Shown here: positions 27,669 to 36,992 of the stretch, piece after piece
Numbering within the stretch: the first letter of the stretch is position 1
Layout: each line of letters opens with the position of its first letter
Virus record (IMG/VR): IMGVR_UViG_3300020202_000007
Coordinates: 1-55,797 of that record
DNA from: a virus
Taxonomy: Duplodnaviria; Caudoviricetes
DNA: 55,797 nucleotides
Reading direction: 5' to 3' (one strand)
Translations under genes and position numbers: made by a program
Notes under the pieces: model-generated
What the model saw: the letters and a program-made list of their open reading frames with translations, nothing else
Databases searched by the model: none
Told to the model about the DNA's origin: nothing

Positions 27669-29945
27669 TTATGCCAGTACGAAAATTAAGCACGCGCTCA
27701 GGTCCAAGGCGTCGCCGTTGGTGCCTGGCGTGACGCGCAACTCAATCGCGTCGTTCCACGCCACGTCGTAATTCGCGGTGGAGATGGCCACGGCCGAACC
27801 ATCGACCCAGGCTCCGGCCGTGGAGAGTTGCAGTCCCGCATTGCTGTCTTGCGTGGACACGAGATTGCCGGCGATCTTCGCGTTCAGTTTCGGCTGGGCC
27901 GCGCCGGTGTCCGCGGTTTTGTGCGTGGCTGAAATCGCCACGAGGTAAGCGGCCGACTTTCGCCAGCGGATATACTGGCCTCCTTCCCCGGCCAGAATGT
28001 CCTCCACGTTGTCGGCGTAGGTTCCGGCCACCTTCAGGTCCATAACAACCACTTGGCCAGTCGTGCCGATTTCCAGGGCGGTCAGGGCCTGGCCAACATC
28101 CAGCGGCGCGCCGGCAATCGTCATCAAGGAATTGGCCGCCAGCGCCGTGATGATGCCGTAGTAGGTTGTTCCGCCGTAGGTGTATCGAACCGGCCTTCCA
28201 ACGGCCAGGCCGCTGGTGTCGGAGAATGTCACGGTGGACGTGCTCGCTGGCGTGGCCGTGTACTTGGTCGCGGAAATAGTCGTCCATTCCGGGTTAGTGT
28301 TCTCGCCGGCGATGTAATCCGCCAGCGCGCTCATCGACGTGTACTTCGGCGTTCCTCCCTGAGAGACCAGCATCTTGTCGGTATCCGCGATGGTCGCCTG
28401 GGAGAGCGTCTCGATGTAGGCCGCGGCGTCCGCCAGAATCACCAGGCCAACCGCATCGACGGTCGCCTGCTTCGCCACGCCGGATTGACACACCAACAAT
28501 TGATCGGTCCCTGCTACCGTGGCGGCGTCGAGCCCGGAGATGTCCAGAGCGCTTGCTTGCAAGCCTACCAGCAGGAATGTCTGCAACTGACTGACCGTGG
28601 CTTCCTTCTTGGTTCCGCTTTGGTCGATCAGGAACGTGTCGGTCCCGGCGACTGACGCGGCGGCACTGGCCCCCCACATGGTTGTTTCTACATAGGTCGC
28701 GATTTCCAGACCCGTGCAATATTTCGGAGTGCCTGAGACGAGGATGTAGAACTTGTCGGTGGCGAGGAGCGTCCCGGTATCGGACAAGGCCGCAACATAG
28801 GTAGCGAAGTCCGCGTTTAGTTTCGTCTCCAAGGCCGTCAGCGTGGTCTTTTTGCCGACGCCTGACTGGACCACCAGATAGTTGTCGGTCGCGCCAAGCG
28901 TCGCGGTATCTAGGCCGGAGATGTTCAACACGGTGCCCTGGATGCCGTTTAGCACGAACGTCTGCAAGGCGTCCACCGTGGCTGTCTTGCTCACGTTACT
29001 GCGGCCGATTACCAATTCATCGCCCGTGTTAATCGTCGCCACCGTGGTCTGGCTCCACGCTTGCGCGAGTACGTAATCCACAACGTCGGCAATGTCCGCC
29101 GTCTTCGCCACCGAACTGCGGTAGAGCACGAACTTGTCGCTGGCCGCTACCGGGCTGACTGCGGAACTGGCCCCGAGCGCGGCTAGGGCGAAATCCGAAA
29201 CCGTGTCCACCGTGACGGTCTTCTGTACGTCCGACCGCTGGCAGACCAACACATCGGTCCCAAGAGCCGGATCAACCGCGGCGCCGTCCCATGCGGAGTC
29301 GATAACAGCCGCCCCAATTTCTGCCAAGAAATAAGCGGCCAGAGTATCCGCGTTCACATACTTCGGAACCCCGCCCTGAATCGAGTAGAACACGTCGCCG
29401 TCCACGACAGCAGTGTTCTCGGTCAGGCCAGCGGCATAGACAGCGAAGTCCGCCCAGAACTTCGCTTCCAGGTCGGCGAGCGTTGTCTTTTTTGCCGTCG
29501 TCGTTTGGCACACTACCAACAGATCGCTCGCCCCCAAAGTTGCGGCGTCAAGCCCGGACAGGTCGAGGACGTCAGCCTGAACGCCATCCAGCACGAATGC
29601 TTGCAGGTTGTCCGCCGTGATCGTCTTCGCCACCCCAGACCGCTCGATGACTACCAAGTCGCCGGTCGCGATCGACGTAACCACGGTCGAGTCGAATGCC
29701 CTTGTCAGGGCGTAATCCGCCACGCCGTCCAGCGTGAACGTCTTGATCGTTCCGGCACGGTCCCCATGCAGAATGTCGCCAGATGCCGGTGTCTCGACAC
29801 TCGCGGCGACTTGCGCGGCATTGATGTACGTCAACAGCAAGGCGGGCGTGACGTAGTAAGGCGTCGTATCAACGACGGGGATCTTCTCGGAACCGCCGAT
29901 CGTATCGACCGAGAGCGCCCCAACAAATTCACTGAACTTTGGCAT
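27669..29945 (-). CDS. Repetitive tail fibre-like protein (758 aa)
   Basis: Units of about 45 aa (D..V...K..T...L) and three copies of LQxF(V/L)LxG(V/I/L)Q..L.(L/I)SGLD.AT. Confidence 0.7.
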   Translation of the reverse strand: MPKFSEFVGALSVDTIGGSEKIPVVDTTPYYVTPALLLTYINAAQVAASVETPASGDILHGDRAGTIKTFTLDGVADYALTRAFDSTVVTSIATGDLVVIERSGVAKTITADNLQAFVLDGVQADVLDLSGLDAATLGASDLLVVCQTTTAKKTTLADLEAKFWADFAVYAAGLTENTAVVDGDVFYSIQGGVPKYVNADTLAAYFLAEIGAAVIDSAWDGAAVDPALGTDVLVCQRSDVQKTVTVDTVSDFALAALGASSAVSPVAASDKFVLYRSSVAKTADIADVVDYVLAQAWSQTTVATINTGDELVIGRSNVSKTATVDALQTFVLNGIQGTVLNISGLDTATLGATDNYLVVQSGVGKKTTLTALETKLNADFATYVAALSDTGTLLATDKFYILVSGTPKYCTGLEIATYVETTMWGASAAASVAGTDTFLIDQSGTKKEATVSQLQTFLLVGLQASALDISGLDAATVAGTDQLLVCQSGVAKQATVDAVGLVILADAAAYIETLSQATIADTDKMLVSQGGTPKYTSMSALADYIAGENTNPEWTTISATKYTATPASTSTVTFSDTSGLAVGRPVRYTYGGTTYYGIITALAANSLMTIAGAPLDVGQALTALEIGTTGQVVVMDLKVAGTYADNVEDILAGEGGQYIRWRKSAAYLVAISATHKTADTGAAQPKLNAKIAGNLVSTQDSNAGLQLSTAGAWVDGSAVAISTANYDVAWNDAIELRVTPGTNGDALDLSACLIFVLA

Positions 29946-29956
29946 CTGCTATTCCC

Positions 29957-30820
29957 TTACGTTGCGGACGGGCTGCTCGACGGTGAAGAAGACACTGACG
30001 CGGATGGTGAGCTCGACCTGGACGAGGATGGCGACGCTGACGGCGACGGACTCGCAGATGGTGAGCTCGACCGGGAGGTCGATGGCGTGGATGACGGGCT
30101 GGCTGATACCGAGGTGGACGGAGACGTGGATGGCGATATAGACGGGCTCGAGGAGGGCGTGCTCGAAACCGATGCCGATGGCGACGGGCTGGAGGATGGC
30201 GTCGAGGACGGCGACGCGGATACCGACGCGGACGGCGACGGGCTGCTCGACGGCGTGCTCGACACTGAAGCAGACCGCGACGTGGACGGGCTGCCGGAAA
30301 CCGATGTTGACGGCGAGGAGGAGGCGGATGGGCTGCTCGAAGCCGTAGCAGACGGCGACGAGGATCGGCTTTTCGAGGGGCTGCTGGAACGCGATGACGA
30401 TGGCGACGGGCTGCTCGAAGCGGTGGAGGACGGCGACGCCGAAGGGCTGGTCGATCGACTTGTTGAGGGCGACGACGACTGAGACGCTGAGGGCGATGAG
30501 GATCGCGATGCGGATGGCGATGCGGACGGTGTTGCGGAAGCAGACTGAGACGGACTGCTCGATTTAGAGGCTGACGGCGAAGCGGAAGGCGAACTGGATC
30601 GTGAAGTCGATGGCGACGCCGACTTCGACGACGATGGAGACCGGGACGGCGACGTGGACGGCGTGGACGACACCGAAGCGGACCGCGATGTTGATGGGGA
30701 GTGGGATGCCGAAGCAGAAGGCGAAGTGGACGGGGAACCTGATGGGCTGCTCGACGGAGAGACCACGCCGCCGGGAACCCGGCCGTCGTCACTTCCACGC
30801 CATTGTCCTGATACTGCCAT
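29957..30820 (-). CDS. Mucin-like Ser/Pro/Thr/Ala-rich protein (287 aa)
   Basis: After a leader of about 19 aa the sequence is almost entirely SPS/SAS/STS repeats, ending SSSPSSSPSAT. Start is 1 nt from the upstream stop; codons vary between repeats. Confidence 0.75.
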   Translation of the reverse strand: MAVSGQWRGSDDGRVPGGVVSPSSSPSGSPSTSPSASASHSPSTSRSASVSSTPSTSPSRSPSSSKSASPSTSRSSSPSASPSASKSSSPSQSASATPSASPSASRSSSPSASQSSSPSTSRSTSPSASPSSTASSSPSPSSSRSSSPSKSRSSSPSATASSSPSASSSPSTSVSGSPSTSRSASVSSTPSSSPSPSASVSASPSSTPSSSPSPSASVSSTPSSSPSISPSTSPSTSVSASPSSTPSTSRSSSPSASPSPSASPSSSRSSSPSASVSSSPSSSPSAT

Positions 30821-30821
30821 T

Positions 30822-32378
30822 TCAGCCGCTCATCGTGTCGAACATCATGCTTTCAAAGGCCCACTTGTCCGTGGATTGCAGCCACAGGCAACACCAAATC
30901 CCTCGCACTCGCGGATAAACCATGATCGACCGCCCGGCCTTCCAGTTCCCGCTCTGCTTTACCAAACTGGAATAGCTCGCGCCGCTGCGGAATGACTCGA
31001 TGGCCGTCTTCGCGTTAGCGGCCGCTTCTTCGGCCGTGTCCCCTGTCAGAATGCGCCAGTTCACTCGTCCGCTGCCGGCCGCCAGGCTGGCGTGAAGATT
31101 TATCATGCGGCCATAGTGACCTTTGATTCCAAGGCGGATTGGGCCGAAGACGACATGCGACGTAATCGCCGCGCCATCGTCATTGTCTCCAGTGACCTTG
31201 CGCACGTACCCATCCCCGCCGGCTAAAAGCAATTCCCCGTCATGCTGGCAGACCACGCGAGGCGAATGGCTGTCCTGAAGCCATATCGGCCAGAACGCTT
31301 GCGGAACGGTTTCATAGAGCCAGTGGGTGTCTCTTCCCCCGGATGTTCGGAGGTAGATATGGAACGCCCGACGATCCTGCTCCCAGCCCAGCGAAACGGT
31401 CGTCGTGCTCGTGTCGATGTCCCGCAGTTCGTCCGGGATCGTGTCAGGCGTCAGGGGCGTGAGGCCGGAGCCGTCGGCCTGAACCTGATATAGTCCGTCT
31501 TCGGACAGGAAGACGATCGTGCCATCCACCTTGACCCAGGCTTTGGAACCGATGATCCCGATTGTTTCGGAGATCCTTCGCAAAGCCCCGTTGGCGGTCG
31601 GGTCGCCTTGAACCACCCACAGGCTCCGAGCCGTGGCGCAGATCAGGTAGGCGTCCATGCACGGAATCATCGCGGTCGGCCTAGCCCCAACATCCGCGCT
31701 CAAGGCCAACTGAAACGGAACTGCTCGCGCCGTGTCCTCGAACGAAGCCCCGAAGTCGAAGTCACCGTACACACCCTGCCGACTCATGTAGATCGCGTTG
31801 TCCTGCCCGGAGAGGCATAGCCGGTCTCGATAGACCGCCCCGAACGTGCAGTTTGCTGGAATCGTGCCGGCCACTGCCGCGAGGGTGTCAATCTGACCTG
31901 TCTTCGGGTCGATCTTCGTGACGCCACTGGTAGTCACCGCGAATACTTTCTGCTGGCCAGTGACGAGGAACCCGGAGGCCGGCACGGAGCCTTCGCCGAT
32001 CGTGATCGGCACTTCGTCTTCGTTGGTAATGACCTGGCCGGCTTCGTTCGTCAGGTAGGCCACCAGCGCCGTCGTCGTGCCGTTCTCGACCACCTTGATC
32101 GACGAATCCACCAGCACAAGCAGGACTTCACTGGCCCCGCCGGCTGCGCTCGACACATTGAGCGAAGCCATGTCGGAGATCGTGGTCCCCATGTCGTCGT
32201 TGACGAACTTTGCCAGACCGGGACGACTGCCGCCGCGCAGGCGCCGGGAGATGTTGTCCTCAACTCGGCAGTTCGCGGCCCAGACGGCAGGCCACGGTCC
32301 GCGCGTATCGGGAGCGGCCCGCAGCGCTCCGCGTCGCACGACTCCGCGCATCGGAAACAGGATGTCCTTAGTGGTCAT
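30822..32378 (-). CDS. Putative tail tubular protein B / nozzle (beta-propeller-like)
   Basis: 518 aa, beta-rich; YRDRLCLSG, IVFLSEDGLY; position typical of a podovirus nozzle gene. Confidence 0.6.
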   Translation of the reverse strand: MTTKDILFPMRGVVRRGALRAAPDTRGPWPAVWAANCRVEDNISRRLRGGSRPGLAKFVNDDMGTTISDMASLNVSSAAGGASEVLLVLVDSSIKVVENGTTTALVAYLTNEAGQVITNEDEVPITIGEGSVPASGFLVTGQQKVFAVTTSGVTKIDPKTGQIDTLAAVAGTIPANCTFGAVYRDRLCLSGQDNAIYMSRQGVYGDFDFGASFEDTARAVPFQLALSADVGARPTAMIPCMDAYLICATARSLWVVQGDPTANGALRRISETIGIIGSKAWVKVDGTIVFLSEDGLYQVQADGSGLTPLTPDTIPDELRDIDTSTTTVSLGWEQDRRAFHIYLRTSGGRDTHWLYETVPQAFWPIWLQDSHSPRVVCQHDGELLLAGGDGYVRKVTGDNDDGAAITSHVVFGPIRLGIKGHYGRMINLHASLAAGSGRVNWRILTGDTAEEAAANAKTAIESFRSGASYSSLVKQSGNWKAGRSIMVYPRVRGIWCCLWLQSTDKWAFESMMFDTMSG

Positions 32379-32824
32379 TAAGGATCGACCGGGCTTTCTC
32401 GATCGTGCCTTGATTTAAGTTCTGATTCCGCCTTGCTCAGCCGCTCGAGCAATTCCTTTTGGGTGGTGGCTGTGCCAGCGATGTCACGGGCCGCGTGAAC
32501 CATGTCGCGGGCATCGCTCATAATCCGCAGAATCACTTTCCGCAGTTCCGCACACTCGCCAGAAAACGTATCCGTCAGCGACGAGCAGCGCGCCTCGTGC
32601 TTCGCGCTGATGTCCAGCAATGTCCTGTTGGCTTCTACGTGAATCTCGCGCGCATGCGTCAGCATGTATCGCAGTACGAAAAACGCACCTAAGCTCGCCA
32701 GGGTAAGTACGACGACGAACAGGTAGATGACGTTGCTCTGGCCGGCACTACTGGCCGACGCTTTTTTGATCTCTTCCAAGAGGACCGGGATCGTCACGGA
32801 TTCGACTATTTGTGCGAATAGCAT
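32378..32824 (-). CDS. Membrane protein with one TM helix and a coiled coil (holin-like candidate)
   Basis: VIYLFVVVLTLASLGAFFVLRY; probable start MLFAQ at 32824. Confidence 0.6.
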   Translation of the reverse strand: MLFAQIVESVTIPVLLEEIKKASASSAGQSNVIYLFVVVLTLASLGAFFVLRYMLTHAREIHVEANRTLLDISAKHEARCSSLTDTFSGECAELRKVILRIMSDARDMVHAARDIAGTATTQKELLERLSKAESELKSRHDRESPVDP

Positions 32825-32832
32825 TGGATGAT

Positions 32833-33774
32833 TTAATGCCAATCGGGGATGGGGCGGAAATGCTCGATCAACCAGGACAGATGACGCTGCGCGTGGGGCC
32901 ACTTGCCATTTAGCCATAGTTCGCGCGAGTACGCCCGCGCTGCGTCGATCTGTCGCTGGCTGATCGGGTAGGGCCAGGATGACTCTCCGTTCTTGCCGAA
33001 GTTGCCGGTGCGGAAGAGGTGGGCGAACCATGTCTTGAGCGACGTCACCATCCTGCCCCCGGACAGCCACGCCTTGCACGATAGCTCCGTTCCGTATTGG
33101 CCCCAGGAGCCGTGCCCCTCATCCATGCCGCCGAGCTTCAGGAACCGCTCCCGTTCCATCAGGAAGCAGGCCCCAATGCAGCTCATCGTCTCGACGACGC
33201 CGCTGGACTCTTCCGCCTTGTACTTCTCCGTGTGCCTGTAGCCCCGCCAATATTGGAAGTGAAGGGCCTTGTCGAATCGCCAGGCCGTCGTGGCTGGGTA
33301 CTCGAAACGCGGCTGCCAGACCATGACCATCGTGAAATCCGTTCCCTTACACTCCTTGCACTCCTTCGGACGAGTGCCCTGATACTCTCGCTCGCCGCAG
33401 CCGTTGCAGTGCCAGTCGAAAACGTGAAGCCGGTGCATCGACGGAATCATCGTCATGTCGGGCTGCATGTCCGCGAGCAGCTTCACGTCGAAGCCGTCCT
33501 CGACCGAGCAGTGGGCGTCGAGTTTGCAAATGTATTTGGCCCGGCTGATCGCGGCCCCGTAGTTCGTCGCGGCCCGCTGGCCTACAGACTGCCCGAAGTG
33601 AACGACCTGCAATCGCGGGTGCTGAACCAGCGGTGGATTCGGCCAATACTCGTCACAGATCGCTATGACCTCCGTGTCTTCGCCGGTGTGCGCAAGCACG
33701 TCATCGACCGTGTGGAACATGAATTGTTCGTTCCGGCCGGGAATGATGATCGACAACAGCTTAGCCTTCGACAC
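32833..33774 (-). CDS. GT-A glycosyltransferase resembling polypeptide GalNAc-transferase (GT27-like), with a zinc-ribbon insert
   Basis: SIIIPGRNE; KLDAHC (DxH); GACFLMERERFLKLGGMDEGHGSWGQYGTELSCKAWLSGG...AHLFR; insert CNGC...CKEC. Confidence 0.85.
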   Translation of the reverse strand: MSKAKLLSIIIPGRNEQFMFHTVDDVLAHTGEDTEVIAICDEYWPNPPLVQHPRLQVVHFGQSVGQRAATNYGAAISRAKYICKLDAHCSVEDGFDVKLLADMQPDMTMIPSMHRLHVFDWHCNGCGEREYQGTRPKECKECKGTDFTMVMVWQPRFEYPATTAWRFDKALHFQYWRGYRHTEKYKAEESSGVVETMSCIGACFLMERERFLKLGGMDEGHGSWGQYGTELSCKAWLSGGRMVTSLKTWFAHLFRTGNFGKNGESSWPYPISQRQIDAARAYSRELWLNGKWPHAQRHLSWLIEHFRPIPDWH

Positions 33775-34504
33775 GCTCTCTCCTTTGCTGCTGATGCCAG
33801 AAGTTGCGACTCGTCTTGCGCGTCAGTTTGTGAAACAGCCCCTTGGGATCAGCGTCTACGTCGCCGACATACTTCCCGTTCGGGAACATGAACATCTTCG
33901 GGCGGTACGGGCAGACCATTGACCCCTCTCCGCCGTGCGCTAGCTCGTACGTCCGCCATGCGCTGCGAAATGCCCGATCTTCGCCTTGGGGGTAGGGTTT
34001 CTCCGCAAGGTCTTCGCGGTAGCCGCCCAGTTCCCAGAACAAGTCCCGCCGCATGGCAAAGTTGTTCGGCAGCGGGCCGAGCTTGAGACTGCTGTGCTTT
34101 GGAAGACCGTACTCCGCCAGCACGTCCCGGTCCTGCGTCAGCCTGCCAAACTCGTCCAGAATTCCGAACTCCCGCGTGAACTGCACCTTGAGGCCCTTGA
34201 ACCCTCTCACGAAGTCCAGCAGATTGCGGTCGGCGATGTGGTCCAGGTCGAACATGAGGAGATAATCGCCGGTCGCCATCCGAGCCCCGGCGTTCCGGGC
34301 CAGCGCCCAGGTCCAGGGTCGCTTGTCGTTCGTCCGGTGAATCCTCGCCAGGCGGGAGAAGTCGTTCTCGATTGGCGGGTCGCTCCCGTCATCCACCAGG
34401 ATCAACTCGGTGTCTCCGGGCAGTCCGATGCGATAGAAGTGCAGCAGTTGCCGGCGTACGACCTCGTGGCTGTTGAGGCACGGAATTACAATGCTTAACC
34501 GCAT
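33761..34504 (-). CDS. GT2-family glycosyltransferase with a GT7-like C-terminal motif
   Basis: LSIVIPCLN, ILVDDGS, ARNAGA, FDLD, FWELGGYRED...GED. Confidence 0.88.
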   Translation of the reverse strand: MRLSIVIPCLNSHEVVRRQLLHFYRIGLPGDTELILVDDGSDPPIENDFSRLARIHRTNDKRPWTWALARNAGARMATGDYLLMFDLDHIADRNLLDFVRGFKGLKVQFTREFGILDEFGRLTQDRDVLAEYGLPKHSSLKLGPLPNNFAMRRDLFWELGGYREDLAEKPYPQGEDRAFRSAWRTYELAHGGEGSMVCPYRPKMFMFPNGKYVGDVDADPKGLFHKLTRKTSRNFWHQQQRRERVEG

Positions 34505-35115
34505 AGGGACTTCCTCTCCCTCTTGATCCTGAAGATTTCCTTCTTCTCTCGGATGGTCTTTCTGGCGTGGCAGTTGGGGCAAAGCGTCTGCATGTTGCTC
34601 AGATCTTCCCGTAATTCCGGGTAGATCGCCTTCGGCTTGATGTGGTCAACGCAGGCGATTTCCTCATCCCGAAGTCCGCACACTTGGCATGTGTAATCGT
34701 CTCGCTTCAGAGCCCGTCGCTTTTGATACTGCTCTTTGCCTCCCTTCCAGTTGGCGGATTCCTCATCGGTCCTGTTCGGGAAGTGCAGGCAATGTGCGTC
34801 ACTGATGGCAATTACCCTCCGTTTCGCCTTTGTTTCGGGGGACTGCTTCTTTCCGTATGTTGGCCCTTTGAAGCCGCGAGCCGCCTTGGCCTCCCGAATC
34901 CGCTGCCTGTGCTCATCGGAATACCTGTAGCCTCGCTTGCCGCCGTTGGCATGGTCTTCCGCAGTGAAGCGATACCTGTTCGCCACTTGGTTGTGGCCGC
35001 GAACGAACCGCAGCGGCTGCCCCCTCACCCAGCCCCGCTTCTTGTTCGAGAACGGGGCGATCGGTGCAGGCTTTCCGCAGCCACATTCACACAGTTTGCC
35101 GATCGGTGTCCTCAT
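34495..35115 (-). CDS. HNH homing endonuclease with NUMOD3-like repeats
   Basis: CECGCG, YSDEHRQRIREA, GKKQSPETKAKR, NWKGG, RDDYTCQVCG..VDHIKP..SNMQTLCPNCH. Confidence 0.88.
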   Translation of the reverse strand: MRTPIGKLCECGCGKPAPIAPFSNKKRGWVRGQPLRFVRGHNQVANRYRFTAEDHANGGKRGYRYSDEHRQRIREAKAARGFKGPTYGKKQSPETKAKRRVIAISDAHCLHFPNRTDEESANWKGGKEQYQKRRALKRDDYTCQVCGLRDEEIACVDHIKPKAIYPELREDLSNMQTLCPNCHARKTIREKKEIFRIKRERKSLCG

Positions 35116-35738
35116 GAGCCCAGCCCCGCCCTTTCCGCTCCACGCTGCCAGAACGCGGTTGGCTCCATGTCGCGCGTCACGTACCACGGGTCGATCCAAT
35201 GGCAGTGCGTATAGGCGTCGATCGCTGGAATGACGCCTGACATTCCGAACGCGCAGTAATCGTGAACTAGCACCAGTCCGCCTTCGCGGACCTTCGGCGC
35301 CCAGCGGATGACGTCCTGCACGGCGGCGTCGAATGAATGATCCCCGTCGATATGGACCCAATCGAGCGAGCCGTCAGCGAAGTCGTCCACGGCTTCCAGG
35401 CTGGGCTTGCGCAGAATTTTGAACCCGTACTGCGAGGCGTTCCCCTGCGCGCCGGCGTAGATCAAGTCCTGCCGGGCCTGAGACACCCGATGATAGGCGC
35501 GGTACGGGTCGATGCAGGTGATGTCCAGATCGGGAATGTGCTCGCGCCAGAGCTTCGCCGAAGCCCCGTAGCGGCAGCCGATCTCCGCGGCCTTGACCAG
35601 ACCCATGTCTCGCATCGTTCGCGCCAGCGCCACTCGCCCGCCCTCGCGACGGGAATGTGGCGTCGCCAACAGCGGGAGATTGTCCAGTCCGCCGATGAAG
35701 CGAAAGTGCCTCTCAAGGTGCTTGCGCAGATCGAGCAT
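35112..35738 (-). CDS. Class I SAM-dependent methyltransferase (Methyltransf_24-like, probable glycan O-methyltransferase)
   Basis: EIGCRYGAS, CIDPY, DWVHIDGDHSF, GGLVLVHDY. Confidence 0.88.
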   Translation of the reverse strand: MLDLRKHLERHFRFIGGLDNLPLLATPHSRREGGRVALARTMRDMGLVKAAEIGCRYGASAKLWREHIPDLDITCIDPYRAYHRVSQARQDLIYAGAQGNASQYGFKILRKPSLEAVDDFADGSLDWVHIDGDHSFDAAVQDVIRWAPKVREGGLVLVHDYCAFGMSGVIPAIDAYTHCHWIDPWYVTRDMEPTAFWQRGAERAGLGS

Positions 35739-36444
35739 CCGCTACTCCCTGGTTGTAAATGGCCGTGATGTCCGAGGCTTTTCCCCAGACCGGAATGTCC
35801 CACGCTTTCAATTCGCCTGGCTTTCGTTCCAGCCCCGGAGTATTGATGTACGTGGGGGAAAGTCCCTGGGGATGGCACAGGTTCACCATCGGTTCGATGC
35901 ACCACCACTCGACCAAATTCCGCCGAGTCACCCCAAGTATCTTCTCGACCTCCCGCCGGCCGATCTCCCCGGTGTAATCCTTGCCGCTCGGGTACTTTCT
36001 TTCGCGCTCTTCTAAAGCGTCGATCACCAACTGCCGCGGGCCGATCATCGTGAAGTTGCCGTGCTTGCGAATCGCCGAGAAGAACGGCCGCTGCGCCCAT
36101 GAAAAAACGCTCCACCGCGACATGTCGTAGGCCACCGCGTCGTCCGGTGGCCGGAAGTCGTTGAAGTGCCTGGCCGGGTAGAGCGTGTCGTCCTCCGCCA
36201 CGGCCACGTACTTCGTTTCTGCCAGCTTCGCTCCGCGCAGCAATTGCCGGTACACGTTCCACGCGCAGAACGGACCCTCCTGAATCAGGTAGGTCGTCCC
36301 AGGCCGGTCCAGCTCCATCTTCTCCCTGGAAATGACCACCATCGGCCTGCCGTCCGCTGCGCGCAGCAGATGCTCCAGATGGAATTTCTCCCACCTGGAT
36401 GGAAGGGCGTTCAGCGTCAGGAAAATGATGGTCAGGTCGGACAT
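35713..36444 (-). CDS. GT-A fold glycosyltransferase-like protein
   Basis: LTIIFLT; QLLRGAKLAETKYVAVAEDDTLY (acidic metal-binding motif); clustered with two other GTs. Confidence 0.7.
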   Translation of the reverse strand: MSDLTIIFLTLNALPSRWEKFHLEHLLRAADGRPMVVISREKMELDRPGTTYLIQEGPFCAWNVYRQLLRGAKLAETKYVAVAEDDTLYPARHFNDFRPPDDAVAYDMSRWSVFSWAQRPFFSAIRKHGNFTMIGPRQLVIDALEERERKYPSGKDYTGEIGRREVEKILGVTRRNLVEWWCIEPMVNLCHPQGLSPTYINTPGLERKPGELKAWDIPVWGKASDITAIYNQGVADARSAQAP

Positions 36445-36447
36445 GGG

Positions 36448-36948
36448 CTACGTCGCGGAAGGCGAACTCGATGGAGAACTCGACGTTGACGCCGATGGAG
36501 AGCTCGACGTCGAGGCCGATGGCGAACTCGACGTCGATGCTGATGGGCTCGTGGACGGGCTGCTCGACGGCGACGCGGAAGAAATCACCGTGCCGACGTT
36601 GCCCTCCAGGACTTCCCAACGGTACGAGCCGGCGGAGATCGTCACGGAGATCAGCGACAGGAAATCGCTGGCGTCGGCAAACGTGGCCTGGGTTTCCAGC
36701 GCGACGTTCAGCCCGGCCGGCGCCGTGACCACGACATCCCCGCCGCCGTCCGTCTTTAGGCGGAGGACGAATCGAATGCCCGGCTTGGTGGGATTCGCCA
36801 GCGTCCGGGTTTCCGCGGAACCGCCTGACACCATCTCACAGATCAGCAAGTCGCCGTTGGGGCGAATGATTTTGCCGCTCCCGGGGTCGGTGAGAATCTT
36901 CGGGCCGCGATAAAGGTCGTGATGGATGCGATGCGGAGACATTGACAT
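36448..36948 (-). CDS. Virion protein with a 44-aa C-terminal mucin-like Ser tail
   Basis: Paralogue of 36993-37370 with the extension SSASPSSSPSTSPSASTSSSP...SSSPSSSPSAT. Confidence 0.85.
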   Translation of the reverse strand: MSMSPHRIHHDLYRGPKILTDPGSGKIIRPNGDLLICEMVSGGSAETRTLANPTKPGIRFVLRLKTDGGGDVVVTAPAGLNVALETQATFADASDFLSLISVTISAGSYRWEVLEGNVGTVISSASPSSSPSTSPSASTSSSPSASTSSSPSASTSSSPSSSPSAT

Positions 36949-36992
36949 AGGAACAGTCCTTTCGGAAAGAGGAACAGGGCTTGGCCCAGAAG

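Noticed and set aside
29505-30995. Long + strand Asp/Gly/Glu-rich ORFs (DGDADGE...) and an Arg-rich alternative frame
   Set aside because: These are antisense or frame shadows of the Ser-repeat gene. The Ser frame is co-oriented and coupled with the operon, and the same tract type is fused to a real domain at 36448.
32833-36444. GT cluster as a DNA hypermodification or O-antigen conversion locus
   Set aside because: No hydroxymethylase or base-modification genes and no GtrA/GtrB-like membrane components are seen, and the cluster is in the late structural operon. Disfavoured rather than excluded.
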